Origin: Dehalococcoidia bacterium
GTDB taxonomy: Bacteria > Chloroflexota > Dehalococcoidia > Lucifugimonadales > UBA3495
Direction: 5' to 3'
DNA length: 64,000 nt
Assembly: GCA_965261355.1 (NCBI GenBank)
Contig: CBDHDK010000002.1
Location: 130,456-194,455 of the forward strand
Below are positions 45,380-54,625 of the stretch, piece after piece (the stretch's first letter is position 1; the number at the start of each line of letters is the position of its first letter). Position numbers and translations under genes: made by a program. Under the pieces are notes generated by a model. That model had not been told where the DNA came from. It made no database searches and was given only the letters and a program-made list of their open reading frames with translations.

Positions 45380-46078
45380 ATGGAAATTCGCATGGGCAGC
45401 CTGGTGCGGGACGCGCGGGAAGCAACCGGCACGGCCATCATCATCGACGTGTTCCGGGCGTTCACCACGGCGGCCATCGCCTTCGACCGGGGAGCGACGC
45501 AGATTACGCTGGTGGCCGAGGCGGAGGACGCGCTGGAGCTGCACCGCAGCGGGGTCGGCGACCTGCTGATGGGCGAGGTCGACGGAAAGCGGCCCGAGGG
45601 GTTCGACTTCGGCAACTCCCCGTACGAGATTTCTCAGGCCGACGTGGCGGGCAAGAGCCTGGTGCAGTCCACCCGCGCCGGCACCGTGGGCGTGGCTGCA
45701 GCGGCCGATGCCGCCGACACGATTTTCCTCGGCTCCTTCGTAGTGGCACAGGCCACTACGGACGCAATCTTGCGGGACTCGCCAGACGTAGTGTCCATTA
45801 TCGCGATGGGAGACCAGGGCCGGGTGCGCTCCGACGAGGACGAGCAGTGCGGCATCTACCTGCGCAACATCATCGAAGGCCGGAAGCCCGACTTCGAGGC
45901 CGTGAAGTCGCTGATAATGACCGGCGGCGCTACGCAGAAGTTCTTCGACGACCGGCAACCGCAGTTCCATCCGCAGGACGTGGAGCTGGCGCTGCAGGCT
46001 GACCGCTACCCCTTCGCCATGAGCATCACCCGCGAGGACGGGCTGCTCGTGGCGCGAAAGCATGTGCCGGGAGCCTAG
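45380..46078 (+). CDS. 2-phosphosulfolactate phosphatase (ComB) family protein
   Basis: Contains IIIDVFRAFTTAA, GEVDGKRPEGFDFGNSP and IIAMGD motifs. An alternative GTG start at 45344 is possible. Confidence 0.7.
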   Translation: MEIRMGSLVRDAREATGTAIIIDVFRAFTTAAIAFDRGATQITLVAEAEDALELHRSGVGDLLMGEVDGKRPEGFDFGNSPYEISQADVAGKSLVQSTRAGTVGVAAAADAADTIFLGSFVVAQATTDAILRDSPDVVSIIAMGDQGRVRSDEDEQCGIYLRNIIEGRKPDFEAVKSLIMTGGATQKFFDDRQPQFHPQDVELALQADRYPFAMSITREDGLLVARKHVPGA

Positions 46079-46104
46079 GCGAGTAACTTCACTTGCCGGC
46101 CCGC

Positions 46105-47229
46105 TTAGACCCTGGCGAAGCGGTCGGCCTTCAGGTGCTCGGCACCGGCGACTTCCGTGTCGTCCTCCATCACCATGTTGGTGATGATGTCGCACATCCC
46201 TGTGCTCCACAGGATGCCCTTGCGCCCAGCGCCGGTGGCGACGTAGACGTTGTCCCAACCGGGCAGCCGATCGACGATGGGGATGCCGTCCGGAGTCACC
46301 GGACGGAGGCAGGCGGTGTGCTTCACCAACTGGGAATTGGCCAGGTCGGGGGCCATCTGCGCGGCGTTCTTCAAGATGATGTCCCGCGCTGCTGACGAAG
46401 GATTGGCGTTGTAGCCCTCTTCTTCCTCGGTCGAGCCGGTCCACACCAGGCCGTCGGGCTTGCTGTCCGCGTAGTTGCCGCGATAGTTGAGGGCCACGTT
46501 GAAGGCCGGGCCGTCATGGCGCAGCCGCAATATCTGTCCCTTCAACGGCTCGACCGGCAAAGTAGTGTCACACCAGTCGGAGATGAGTTGCGACCACGGC
46601 CCCATGGCGATGATGACCGCTCCGGCCTCCACCTTGCCGTCGGCGAAGGTGACCGCATCGACCCGGCTGCCGTGGCTTTCGAGGCCGGTCGCCCGCTGCA
46701 GGACGAGGTCCGTGCCCTGGTGCTCGGCGGCGCGGGCGGCTGCCAGGGTCAGGTGGTATGCGTCGACCGAGGCCGCCCCCTGCTGGTACAGCGCGCCGAC
46801 GCAGGCTGGGTTCACCTTGGGCTCCAATCGACGAGCGGCGTACCCATCCACCCAGTGGACGTCGAACATTGAGACGTCCTTCGTCCATTTCAGGTTGGCG
46901 TCGTACTCATTGACGTCCTGATCGTCGAATGCCAGATACAGGCGGTTGCGTGGCTGGAAATGAGGGTCGATCCCCGTCGCGCCGTGCAGCTCCCGCGCCA
47001 TGGACCAGTGTCGGCCGAAGCAGTAGAGGCTGAAGTCCAGCAGCGGCTCGGGCAGGCCCATGCCGTGCAGGGGATCAAGGCCGCCGAAGGCGAGCCCGGA
47101 GGCGTGGCTGCCCAGCGTGTCGGCCTCCAGCATGGTGACGCTGAGTCCCCGCCGGGACAGCAGATAGCTGCTCAAGCTGCCAATGATGCCAGCGCCTATG
47201 ACCACCACGTCCTTGGCAGCGTTTCTCAA
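46105..47229 (-). CDS. FAD-dependent oxidoreductase (DAO/glycine oxidase family)
   Basis: 374 aa with the N-terminal dinucleotide fold VVVIGAGIIGSLSSYLLSRRGLSVTMLE. TTG start. Confidence 0.8.
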   Translation of the reverse strand: MRNAAKDVVVIGAGIIGSLSSYLLSRRGLSVTMLEADTLGSHASGLAFGGLDPLHGMGLPEPLLDFSLYCFGRHWSMARELHGATGIDPHFQPRNRLYLAFDDQDVNEYDANLKWTKDVSMFDVHWVDGYAARRLEPKVNPACVGALYQQGAASVDAYHLTLAAARAAEHQGTDLVLQRATGLESHGSRVDAVTFADGKVEAGAVIIAMGPWSQLISDWCDTTLPVEPLKGQILRLRHDGPAFNVALNYRGNYADSKPDGLVWTGSTEEEEGYNANPSSAARDIILKNAAQMAPDLANSQLVKHTACLRPVTPDGIPIVDRLPGWDNVYVATGAGRKGILWSTGMCDIITNMVMEDDTEVAGAEHLKADRFARV

Positions 47230-47289
47230 CTCATCATCTCCTGGATTGGGCTCCCCTTTGGGTTACCCGGTGATTCGACCGTGGTTTTG

Positions 47290-47337
47290 GAAAGAATCGA
47301 CCGTCCGTCCCGGTATTCCCGCCGGACGAACGGTCGA
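47290..47337 (-). terminator. possible intrinsic terminator after the DinB/MDMPI gene
   Basis: Inverted repeat TCGACCGTCCG ... CGGACGaaCGGTCGA. On the minus strand it is followed by TTCTTT. Confidence 0.4.
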
Positions 47338-47403
47338 AAATGACCCGTTTATCCATAATACGCCCAACCCCGGAGATTCTCCCATAGGGAGGGCGGCGGA
47401 TTT

Positions 47404-48237
47404 TCAGACTCCGCGGAACCAGCCCTCGAAGCGGTCGAGCCGGTTGGCGTCTCCGGAGATGGCGAACTCGTTGGCCTCTATGCCCTCCCGGCCGGTGATG
47501 CGCCCGTAGATGAACAGCAGGAATGCCGGGGCCTCGGCACACACCGTCCACCGGTTCGGCACCTCATCTTCGGCGGGGAAGTCGAAGCTGTCGCCCTGCA
47601 CCCGGACGATGATGCTGGACTCGTGGGGCGGGGCGAGGTCGAACTCGTACACAACCGGGGCTTCCAGCTTCTCGCCGGGTCGGAAGCACATGCCGAGCCA
47701 CTTGGGTGTCGCGCTAAGCAGCGTGGAAACGCATTCGGGGTTGAGCTGCGGCGAGTCCTCCACGCCGTGCCGCATGTCCCAGTCGTGTATGGCCAGTTCC
47801 TGGATGCGCAGCTCCAGGTAGTCAGCAGCGGAGATGGCGCCCCGGCGCAGGTGCCAGCAGGGCGTCTCCCAGTCGTTGGGGCCGAGGGCGTCTATCTGTT
47901 CCTGCAGCGCGGCGTAGGCGGTATCGTAGGCGGAGAGCAGGCCCCTGCCGAGCTGCTCGCGGCGCTGTATGTCCCGCTGGGCGTTGTTGACCGACAAAGT
48001 AGTGCTGTCTGCGGGCGTGAAGCCGGGTGCGGGCCCGGAGTCGCCGGCGCGGCCACGTTGCATGCTGTCGGTCTGCCGCTCCGCGCCGCCGATGAGGTGG
48101 CTCAGCACGTCGTGCACCTGCCAGTCGGAGCAGGCGCTGGGGCTCGCCGCCTGCTCCGGAGTCAATGCGGCGAAACTCTGGCGTATATCGCCGACCAGGG
48201 TCTTGGCCAATTCAACCTGCTGTTCGATGCTCGGCAT
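47404..48237 (-). CDS. maleylpyruvate-isomerase/DinB-fold (mycothiol-dependent type) family protein
   Basis: 277 aa from MPSIEQQ. It has the N-terminal DinB_2-like W.V.DVLSHLIGG segment and a C-terminal SCP2-like part. Confidence 0.7.
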   Translation of the reverse strand: MPSIEQQVELAKTLVGDIRQSFAALTPEQAASPSACSDWQVHDVLSHLIGGAERQTDSMQRGRAGDSGPAPGFTPADSTTLSVNNAQRDIQRREQLGRGLLSAYDTAYAALQEQIDALGPNDWETPCWHLRRGAISAADYLELRIQELAIHDWDMRHGVEDSPQLNPECVSTLLSATPKWLGMCFRPGEKLEAPVVYEFDLAPPHESSIIVRVQGDSFDFPAEDEVPNRWTVCAEAPAFLLFIYGRITGREGIEANEFAISGDANRLDRFEGWFRGV

Positions 48238-48416
48238 TGCTCTGCTCCGATCGCTCAAAATTTGTACGAGAAAATTCTCCCTGCATCTTCCGGCCAACGT
48301 AATCCATGGCCCTTCATATCAGGGAAACACGAGGCTCAGGGAAACATGAGGCGGTTCCGAGGAAGGCGGCGTAGGGCCGGCCCGGGCGCCGCAGGGGTGC
48401 CGCCCCCCTGTAGTGC

Positions 48417-48447
48417 GTAACATTCCGTAACGTTATGTAACATTTCG
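48417..48447. promoter_or_regulatory. conserved 31-nt triple direct-repeat motif GTAACATTccGTAACGTTATGTAACATTTC (copy B)
   Basis: Second copy of the 5219-5250 motif. It lies in the 453-nt divergent region between the DinB-fold gene and an LLM oxidoreductase. Its minus-strand reading TTACATAAC points toward the DinB-fold gene. Confidence 0.45.
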
Positions 48448-48690
48448 ATCTTCCGGCTGGGCTGGGCGAGGCCCCTCAATGCGGACCGAGACCTGCCCAA
48501 ATTCCGGGGCTCGCGAGCTTGGTGATACTTACACTATTCATGGTAGAGAGGTGTCACGAGACTTGGCAATGGGCAAATGTCACCAGTCTGCCCCGATGTG
48601 GATACCGTCGCATCAGAATGCTCGCAAGTGGCGGGGCCTACGGGTTCAGTGTAAAATTCAGCGAAACGTCCCCCGAAGGAATTTATAGTT

Positions 48691-49914
48691 ATGAAACTGT
48701 GCTTTTTCCACCTGATGCCCTACCAGGGGCTGCCCAGCAACTTTGAACAAGATTACCACAGCGTATGGGTTGACGTGCCCAACTCGCTGTTCGACCCCAG
48801 CCAGGGCCACCGGTTGTATAACGACTACCTTGACGAGTTGAAGTTCGCCGAGGCCATGGGCTTCGACGGCATCTGCGTCAACGAGCACCACGCCAACGCC
48901 TACGGTCTAATGCCATCGCCGAACCTGATGGCGTCGGCCATGGCGCGCGACACGTCCGACGCCGCCATCGTGGTGCTGGGCAATAGCCTGGCCCTCTACA
49001 ACCCGCCCATCCGCGTTGCCGAAGAGTTCGCCATGCTGGACGTGCTCAGCGGCGGGCGGCTCATCGCCGGGTTCCCGCTGGGGACGGCCATGGACACCAT
49101 CTTCGGTTACGGCCAGGTGCCCATCACGCTGCGCGAGAAGTACCAGGAGGCCCACGACCTCGTCGTGAAGGCTTGGACCGAGCGCGAGCCCTTCTCCTTC
49201 AACGGCAAGTACAACCAGCAGCGCTACGTCAACATCTGGCCGCGACCCTACCAGCAGCCGCGCCCGCCCATCTGGGTGCCCGGCAGCGGCAGCCTCGAAA
49301 CCTGGGACTGGACCATACGCAACGACTACGTCTACTGCTACCTTTCCTACTCCGGCTACAAGGTCGGCAAAACCGTGCTTGACGGCTTCTGGGAGGAGAT
49401 GGACCGGCAGGGCAAGGAGTTCAATCCCTACCACGCCGGCTTCCTGCAACTCGTCGCGGTCTCGGAGACCGACGCCCAGGCCGAAGAATACAAGGAGTCC
49501 ATCGAGTACTTCTTCAAGAAGTGCCTCCACATCCACTCCGGCTTCGGCAACCCGCCGGGCTACCGCTCGGTGCGCAGCAACAACTCCCAGCTGTCCAACG
49601 CCACCACCCAGTCGCGGGAAGACCAGCTCAAGGAGTTCACCTGGACCGACTACCTGGAGGCGGGCAACGTCATCGTCGGCGGGCCCGAGACGGTACGGCA
49701 GCACCTGGCCCATGCCATCAAGGAGCTCAAGGTGGGCAACCTGATGCTGCTGCTCCAGTTCGGCGACATGCCCAAGGAGCTGGCGATGAAGAACACCGAG
49801 CTCTTCGCCCGTGAGGTCATGCCCTACGTCCGCGACCTCTGGTCTGAGTACGACAACCGTTGGTGGCCCGAAGGCGTCTCCAACCCCACCTCTCCCGCGC
49901 CCGTCGCGGTGTAA
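48691..49914 (+). CDS. LLM-class (luciferase-like) flavin-dependent oxidoreductase
   Basis: 407 aa with GFDGICVNEHH, LGNSLALYNPPIRVAEEFAMLDVLSGGRLIAGF and a C-terminal GGPETV...LLLQFG. Confidence 0.85.
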   Translation: MKLCFFHLMPYQGLPSNFEQDYHSVWVDVPNSLFDPSQGHRLYNDYLDELKFAEAMGFDGICVNEHHANAYGLMPSPNLMASAMARDTSDAAIVVLGNSLALYNPPIRVAEEFAMLDVLSGGRLIAGFPLGTAMDTIFGYGQVPITLREKYQEAHDLVVKAWTEREPFSFNGKYNQQRYVNIWPRPYQQPRPPIWVPGSGSLETWDWTIRNDYVYCYLSYSGYKVGKTVLDGFWEEMDRQGKEFNPYHAGFLQLVAVSETDAQAEEYKESIEYFFKKCLHIHSGFGNPPGYRSVRSNNSQLSNATTQSREDQLKEFTWTDYLEAGNVIVGGPETVRQHLAHAIKELKVGNLMLLLQFGDMPKELAMKNTELFAREVMPYVRDLWSEYDNRWWPEGVSNPTSPAPVAV

Positions 49915-50008
49915 GTTCCGGTCATAACAGCGAGCGCAAAACGAGGGCGTCCTCCGGCTGACGAGGGCGCCCCTGATTTACAAAGAGCAGAAAGCAGAGG
50001 ATATACGG

Positions 50009-50905
50009 TTGACCACCAGCGAGATTTCCGCAAACGACCCCCACCCACGCCTGCGCGTCGACGTCGGCGGCATCGAGATGGCCTACGTCGACACTGACGC
50101 TTCCATCGCGCTGTCCGACGGCGCTGTCGTGTTCCTGCACGGCAATCCCACGTCGTCCTACCTGTGGCGCAACATCATCCTTCACGTATCGCCTCTGGCC
50201 CGCTGCCTCGCCCCCGACCTGGTGGGAATGGGCGGGTCCGACGCCACCACCGACGGCTCCTACCGCTTCGCCGACCACAGCCGCCACCTGGACGCCTGGT
50301 TCGACGCGGTGCTGCCTGACGGCCCGGTGACGCTGGTGGTGCACGACTGGGGCTCGGCCCTGGGCTTCCACTGGGCACGGCGCCACGCCGAGCGGGTGCG
50401 CGGGCTGGTCTACATGGAGGCCATCGTGCGTCCGGTGACCTGGGACGAGTGGCCCGAGGCGGCGCGGCAGGTCTTCCAGGGTTTCCGTTCCGAGGCCGGA
50501 GAAACCGTGGTGCTGGAGCGAAACATCTTCGTCGAACGCGTGTTGCCGGGAAGCACAATCAACGGCATCAGCGACGAGGCGATGGAAGTTTACCGCCGCC
50601 GCTACGTCGAACCCGGCGAGTCGCGCCGGCCCACGCTGTCGTGGCCCCGCGAGATTCCCATCGAAGGTGAACCGCCCGACGTGGTGGCCATCGTCGCCGA
50701 GTACGCCGAATGGCTGTCGCGGACTCCCACGCCCAAGTTGTTCGTCAACGCCGAGCCTGGCGCCATCCTCACCGGCCCGCAGCGCGAGTTCTGCCGCACC
50801 TTCGCCAACCAGCGCGAGGTAACAGTCCCCGGCGTCCACTTCATCCAGGAAGACTCGCCGCATGAGATAGGGGCGGCCATCGCGGAGTGGTACGCGGTGC
50901 TGTGA
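50009..50905 (+). CDS. haloalkane dehalogenase (HLD-II type alpha/beta hydrolase)
   Basis: Contains FLHGNPTSSYLWRN, the nucleophile context VVHDWGSALG and the catalytic His in HFIQEDSP. TTG start after GCAGAGGA. Confidence 0.88.
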   Translation: MTTSEISANDPHPRLRVDVGGIEMAYVDTDASIALSDGAVVFLHGNPTSSYLWRNIILHVSPLARCLAPDLVGMGGSDATTDGSYRFADHSRHLDAWFDAVLPDGPVTLVVHDWGSALGFHWARRHAERVRGLVYMEAIVRPVTWDEWPEAARQVFQGFRSEAGETVVLERNIFVERVLPGSTINGISDEAMEVYRRRYVEPGESRRPTLSWPREIPIEGEPPDVVAIVAEYAEWLSRTPTPKLFVNAEPGAILTGPQREFCRTFANQREVTVPGVHFIQEDSPHEIGAAIAEWYAVL

Positions 50906-50994
50906 ATTGGTGACAGTTGTCCCTTGCGAGACTCTGGGCGGTCCGTGTTATTCTGAAAGCATTCCACATTTTTCAGAACTCACAGGACTGTTTG

Positions 50995-52089
50995 ATGCCT
51001 CCGTCAACCACCACTTGGGCCCTTGATGGCCACACCATTGGTAAGCACTTGGTTCTCAGGCACTACCTAAACGCCTAGCTACCAATCATGACCCGGTGGA
51101 ATGGTAGGGTGCTCTTCATTGATGCCTTTGCTGGCCCCGGAGACTATACCGGAGGCGAAGATGGTTCTCCTGTAATAGCATTGAAGTCCTTTCTGGAGCA
51201 CAACTCTCGAAACCGAATGTTGAGTAACATTCGGTTCTTGTTCATAGAGGCCGATCCAGAAAGATCAGATCACTTGGAGAGCGTCTTGGAGGGCTTTGGG
51301 CAACAGATACCAAGCAATTGTGCTTACAAAGTCATTCAGGGTAAGTTCGACGAGACTCTGAATGAAGGTTTAGATGCTATTGAGGCGCACAACAAACAGC
51401 TTGCGCCGTCGTTCGTCATGATAGACCCCTTCGGCGTATCGGGAACTCCAATGAAGACAATAGGCTGAGTTCTAGAAAACCCAAAGTCCGAAGTGTACGT
51501 TTCTCTGATGTACAGAGAAATCAATCGGTTTCTAGACCACCCGAGTTTTGAACACCACCTTAACGATTTGTTCGGATGTCCCGATTGGAAGCAAGCAAAG
51601 AACATTCCTGACTCTTACCAGAAAAAGTGTTTTCTGTTTGATTTATACAGGAGGCAACTAAAGAACAACGGAGCCAAACAGGTTCTGCATTTTGAGTTAT
51701 ACGAGGGAAATGCACTAGTATATGCCATTTTCTTTGGAACGCAGAGCCTCGAGGGCTGCGATAAAATGAAGCAAGCAATATGGAAAGTGGCGCCCTTCGG
51801 CGATTTCAAATTCAAGAGTGGATTAAATAATCGGCTCACTTTCGGCGCGAGCGTTATCGACTTCAACATTTTACAGACTGAACTAACTGATGCGTTTGGG
51901 TTTGGCAATTGGGCTACGATCGAAAGTGTCATGGATTTTATGAAATCCGACAAGACTGTATTCACTTCCAGTCACCTTAAAACTCAAACCTTGAGACCTA
52001 TGGAGGGAAAAGGGGAGCTAGAAGTTCGCGCAGGCAGCCGAAAGAAGTCTGGCACTTATCCTAAAGGAACCGTTCTGAGATTCGTTTAG
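50995..52089 (+). pseudogene. TcmP (three-Cys-motif partner protein) family, two in-frame stops
   Basis: A single frame runs from the ATG at 50995 to the stop at 52089. It is interrupted by TAG 51076-51078 (HYLNA*LPIM, where family members have an aromatic/Trp) and TGA 51466-51468. It carries the methyltransferase-like IDAFAGPG and IDPFG motifs. Low GC. Confidence 0.7.
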
Positions 52090-52143
52090 TAAGGAAAATT
52101 TCTTCAAATAAATACGGGGCACATTGCGATTTCCGGCGGAATT

Positions 52144-52875
52144 ATGGCCGTAGGCAGCAAAATAGAATGGACCGACGCCACCTGGAACCCGGTGACTGGC
52201 TGCAACAAGGTCAGCCCGGGCCGCAAACTGTGTTACGCCGAGCGGCTGTCTAAGCGGCTCAAGGCCACCGGGATGGTCAAGTACCGCAACGGCTTCGCAG
52301 TTACTCTGCATCCCGACGCATTGGAAACGCCCCTGCAGTGGCGCAAACCACGAACCATCTTCGTCAATTCGATGAGCGACCTGTTCCACTACCAAGTACC
52401 GGACCAGTTCGTGCACGACGTTTTCAACGTTATGGAACAGGCGAATTGGCACCGCTACCAAGTGCTGACGAAGCGGCCGGAGCGGGTGGCGGCCCTGAGT
52501 GCAGAACTGCCCTGGCCACTGCAAATCTGGTAGGGCATGAGCGTCGAATCCAGCCGCTATACCCACCGCATTGATCTGTTGCGCGAGTGCGGAGCAGAGA
52601 CTAAATTCCTTTCGCTGGAACCTCTGCTTGGCCCATTGCCGGAACTAAACTTGGACGGCATTGACTGGGTGATAGTTGGCGGCGAGTCCGGTCCGGGAGC
52701 CCGGCCGATGGAAGCGGAGTGGGCGCGGGACATTCGCGACCAGTGCATCGAGGCTGAAGTGCCCTTTCATTTCAAGCAATGGGGCGGCGTCTTCAAGAAA
52801 CGGCACGGGCGAGAGTTGGACGGCAGGACTTGGGACGAGATGCCGAGTTTTGATAATTCGCCTGTCGCGATGTAA
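52144..52875 (+). pseudogene. DUF5131 / phage Gp37-Gp68 family (three-Cys-motif protein), in-frame stop and lost Cys
   Basis: Contains [28 protein letters not shown] (canonical GC.K.S.GC..CYA, so the middle Cys is Arg, codon CGC at 52222-52224). QIW*GMSVE has a TAG at 52531-52533 where the family has WLG(V/M)S.E. Also contains [16 protein letters not shown]. Confidence 0.75.
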
Positions 52876-52930
52876 CCTAGTAATCGCAATGTGCTGGTTG
52901 CAATGAAAAGGTAACCCCATCGGAGCAACG

Positions 52931-53701
52931 ATGCCTGAGACCATCAACCTGGAAATGCGCGGCGGCGACTTTCGCGCCATCGTCGAAACCGGCGGCGACG
53001 GGCCGCCGCTGCTGTACCTGCATGGGGCCGTGGGCCAGAAGGGCTGGGCGCCGTTCTTGGAGCGGCTGTCGCAGCAGTTCACCGTTTATGCGCCCTATAT
53101 GCCCGGCTGCGGCGAGGCTTCCGGCCTGGAGCACATCGCCGATCTCACCGACCTGACCCTCTACCACCTGGCCCTGCTGGACGCCCTCGGGGTCGAGCGC
53201 GCCCATGTGGTGGGCCACTTCCTCGGTGGGATGATCGCCGCCGAGATGGCCGCTTTCTCCCCGCCGTCGATTGACCGGCTGGCACTGGTATCGCCCGCCG
53301 GCGTGTGGCACGACGAAGAGCCGGTTGCCGACCTGCTGGCCCTCAACGCCGATGAGCTATCGGAACGCCTGACCGCCACCCCCAACGGCGCGGCGTCCCT
53401 CGACGGCTTCGCCGACATGCTGGCCCGCGACCGGATGCAGGACATCGCCGCCGCCGGCAAGTTCCTCTGGCCACTGCCCGACCGGGGGCTGCACCGCCGC
53501 GCCTACCGCATCAAGGCGCCGACCCTCATCCTCTGGGGCGGGCAGGACCGCATCAATCCGCCGTCCTACGCCGCCGACTTCCAGGGCCTGATCGCCGAGT
53601 CCCGGACGGGGACCATCGCCAACGCCGGGCACCTGCTGATGCTGGAACATCCCGACGCGTTTGCCGATGCTATTTCCGCATTTCTGTCCGAAGGGAGCTG
53701 A
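52931..53701 (+). CDS. alpha/beta-fold hydrolase
   Basis: 256 aa with LLYLHG and the nucleophile elbow VVGHFLGG (Phe in the Ser position, so catalysis is questionable), plus a late His in NAGHLLMLEHP. Confidence 0.75.
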   Translation: MPETINLEMRGGDFRAIVETGGDGPPLLYLHGAVGQKGWAPFLERLSQQFTVYAPYMPGCGEASGLEHIADLTDLTLYHLALLDALGVERAHVVGHFLGGMIAAEMAAFSPPSIDRLALVSPAGVWHDEEPVADLLALNADELSERLTATPNGAASLDGFADMLARDRMQDIAAAGKFLWPLPDRGLHRRAYRIKAPTLILWGGQDRINPPSYAADFQGLIAESRTGTIANAGHLLMLEHPDAFADAISAFLSEGS

Positions 53702-53785
53702 TTTCTGCCCGATGCGCCGTTGTTCCTCACGAAGGGACGTCACGATTTGGCCGGAAATGGCAGGCTTTTTGAAAACATTGCAACG

Positions 53786-54622
53786 ATGACAGCCGACAGT
53801 ACCGACATACAGCTCGAGAACCTGCGCAACATCCTGCGCGAGATGGGCTCGGTCGTGACCGCCTTCTCCGGAGGCGTGGACAGCGCGTTGGTGGCGGTAG
53901 CGGCGCACCAGGTGCTGGGCGATAGCGCCTTGGCGGCGACCGCCGTGTCGCCCGCCCTGGCTTCGCGCGAGCTTGAGGAAGCCGAAGGGCTTGCGCGTCA
54001 GTTCGGAATCGCCCACCGGGTCATCCGCACCAACGAGATGGAGCGGGAGGGCTACACCACCAACTCGCCCCGCCGCTGCTATTTCTGCAAAACCGAGCTC
54101 TACACCCACCTGACTGCCCTGGCCCAGGCCGAGGGTTACGCCTGGGTCGCCAACGGCGCAAACACCGATGACCAGGGCGACTATCGTCCCGGCATGGAGG
54201 CCGCGGCGGAGCACCGCGCCCGCAGCCCGTTGCTGGAAGCCGGGCTCGACAAGGCGGCGGTGCGCGCCATCGCCCGGCAGTTGGAGATTCCGGTGTGGGA
54301 CAAGCCGGCCCAGCCGTGCCTGTCGTCGCGTGTCCCCTACGGTACGCCCGTAACAGTGGAAACGCTGTCCAAGATCGAGCGGGCCGAGGACTTCCTGCAC
54401 GGCCTGGGTATGCGCGAAGTCCGGGCTCGGCACCACGACAAGCTCTGCCGCGTCGAGGCCTCAGAGGCCGACATGGAAATCGCCTTCCGGCACCGCGAGG
54501 AAATCGTCGCCGCGCTGAAGAAGATAGGCTACCTGTGGGTGTCGCTGGACCTCGCTGCCTTGCGTTCCGGCAGCCTCAACGACCAGCTGAAGCTGTCTAC
54601 TGCTGAACCCCCCCGCCGGTAG
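53786..54622 (+). CDS. larE: ATP-dependent sacrificial sulfur transferase LarE (PP-loop ATPase)
   Basis: PP-loop VVTAFSGGVDS and the conserved Cys context SPRRCYFCK. It is followed by larC and larB. Confidence 0.8.
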   Translation: MTADSTDIQLENLRNILREMGSVVTAFSGGVDSALVAVAAHQVLGDSALAATAVSPALASRELEEAEGLARQFGIAHRVIRTNEMEREGYTTNSPRRCYFCKTELYTHLTALAQAEGYAWVANGANTDDQGDYRPGMEAAAEHRARSPLLEAGLDKAAVRAIARQLEIPVWDKPAQPCLSSRVPYGTPVTVETLSKIERAEDFLHGLGMREVRARHHDKLCRVEASEADMEIAFRHREEIVAALKKIGYLWVSLDLAALRSGSLNDQLKLSTAEPPRR

Positions 54623-54625
54623 CGT

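Noticed and set aside
50995-52875. Programmed recoding (selenocysteine/pyrrolysine or suppressor read-through) of the three in-frame stops in TcmP and DUF5131
   Set aside because: The stops are a mix of TAG and TGA, and neighbouring genes use both codons as ordinary terminators. I see no SECIS-like hairpin directly downstream, and a motif cysteine is independently lost. Pseudogenisation is the simpler reading.
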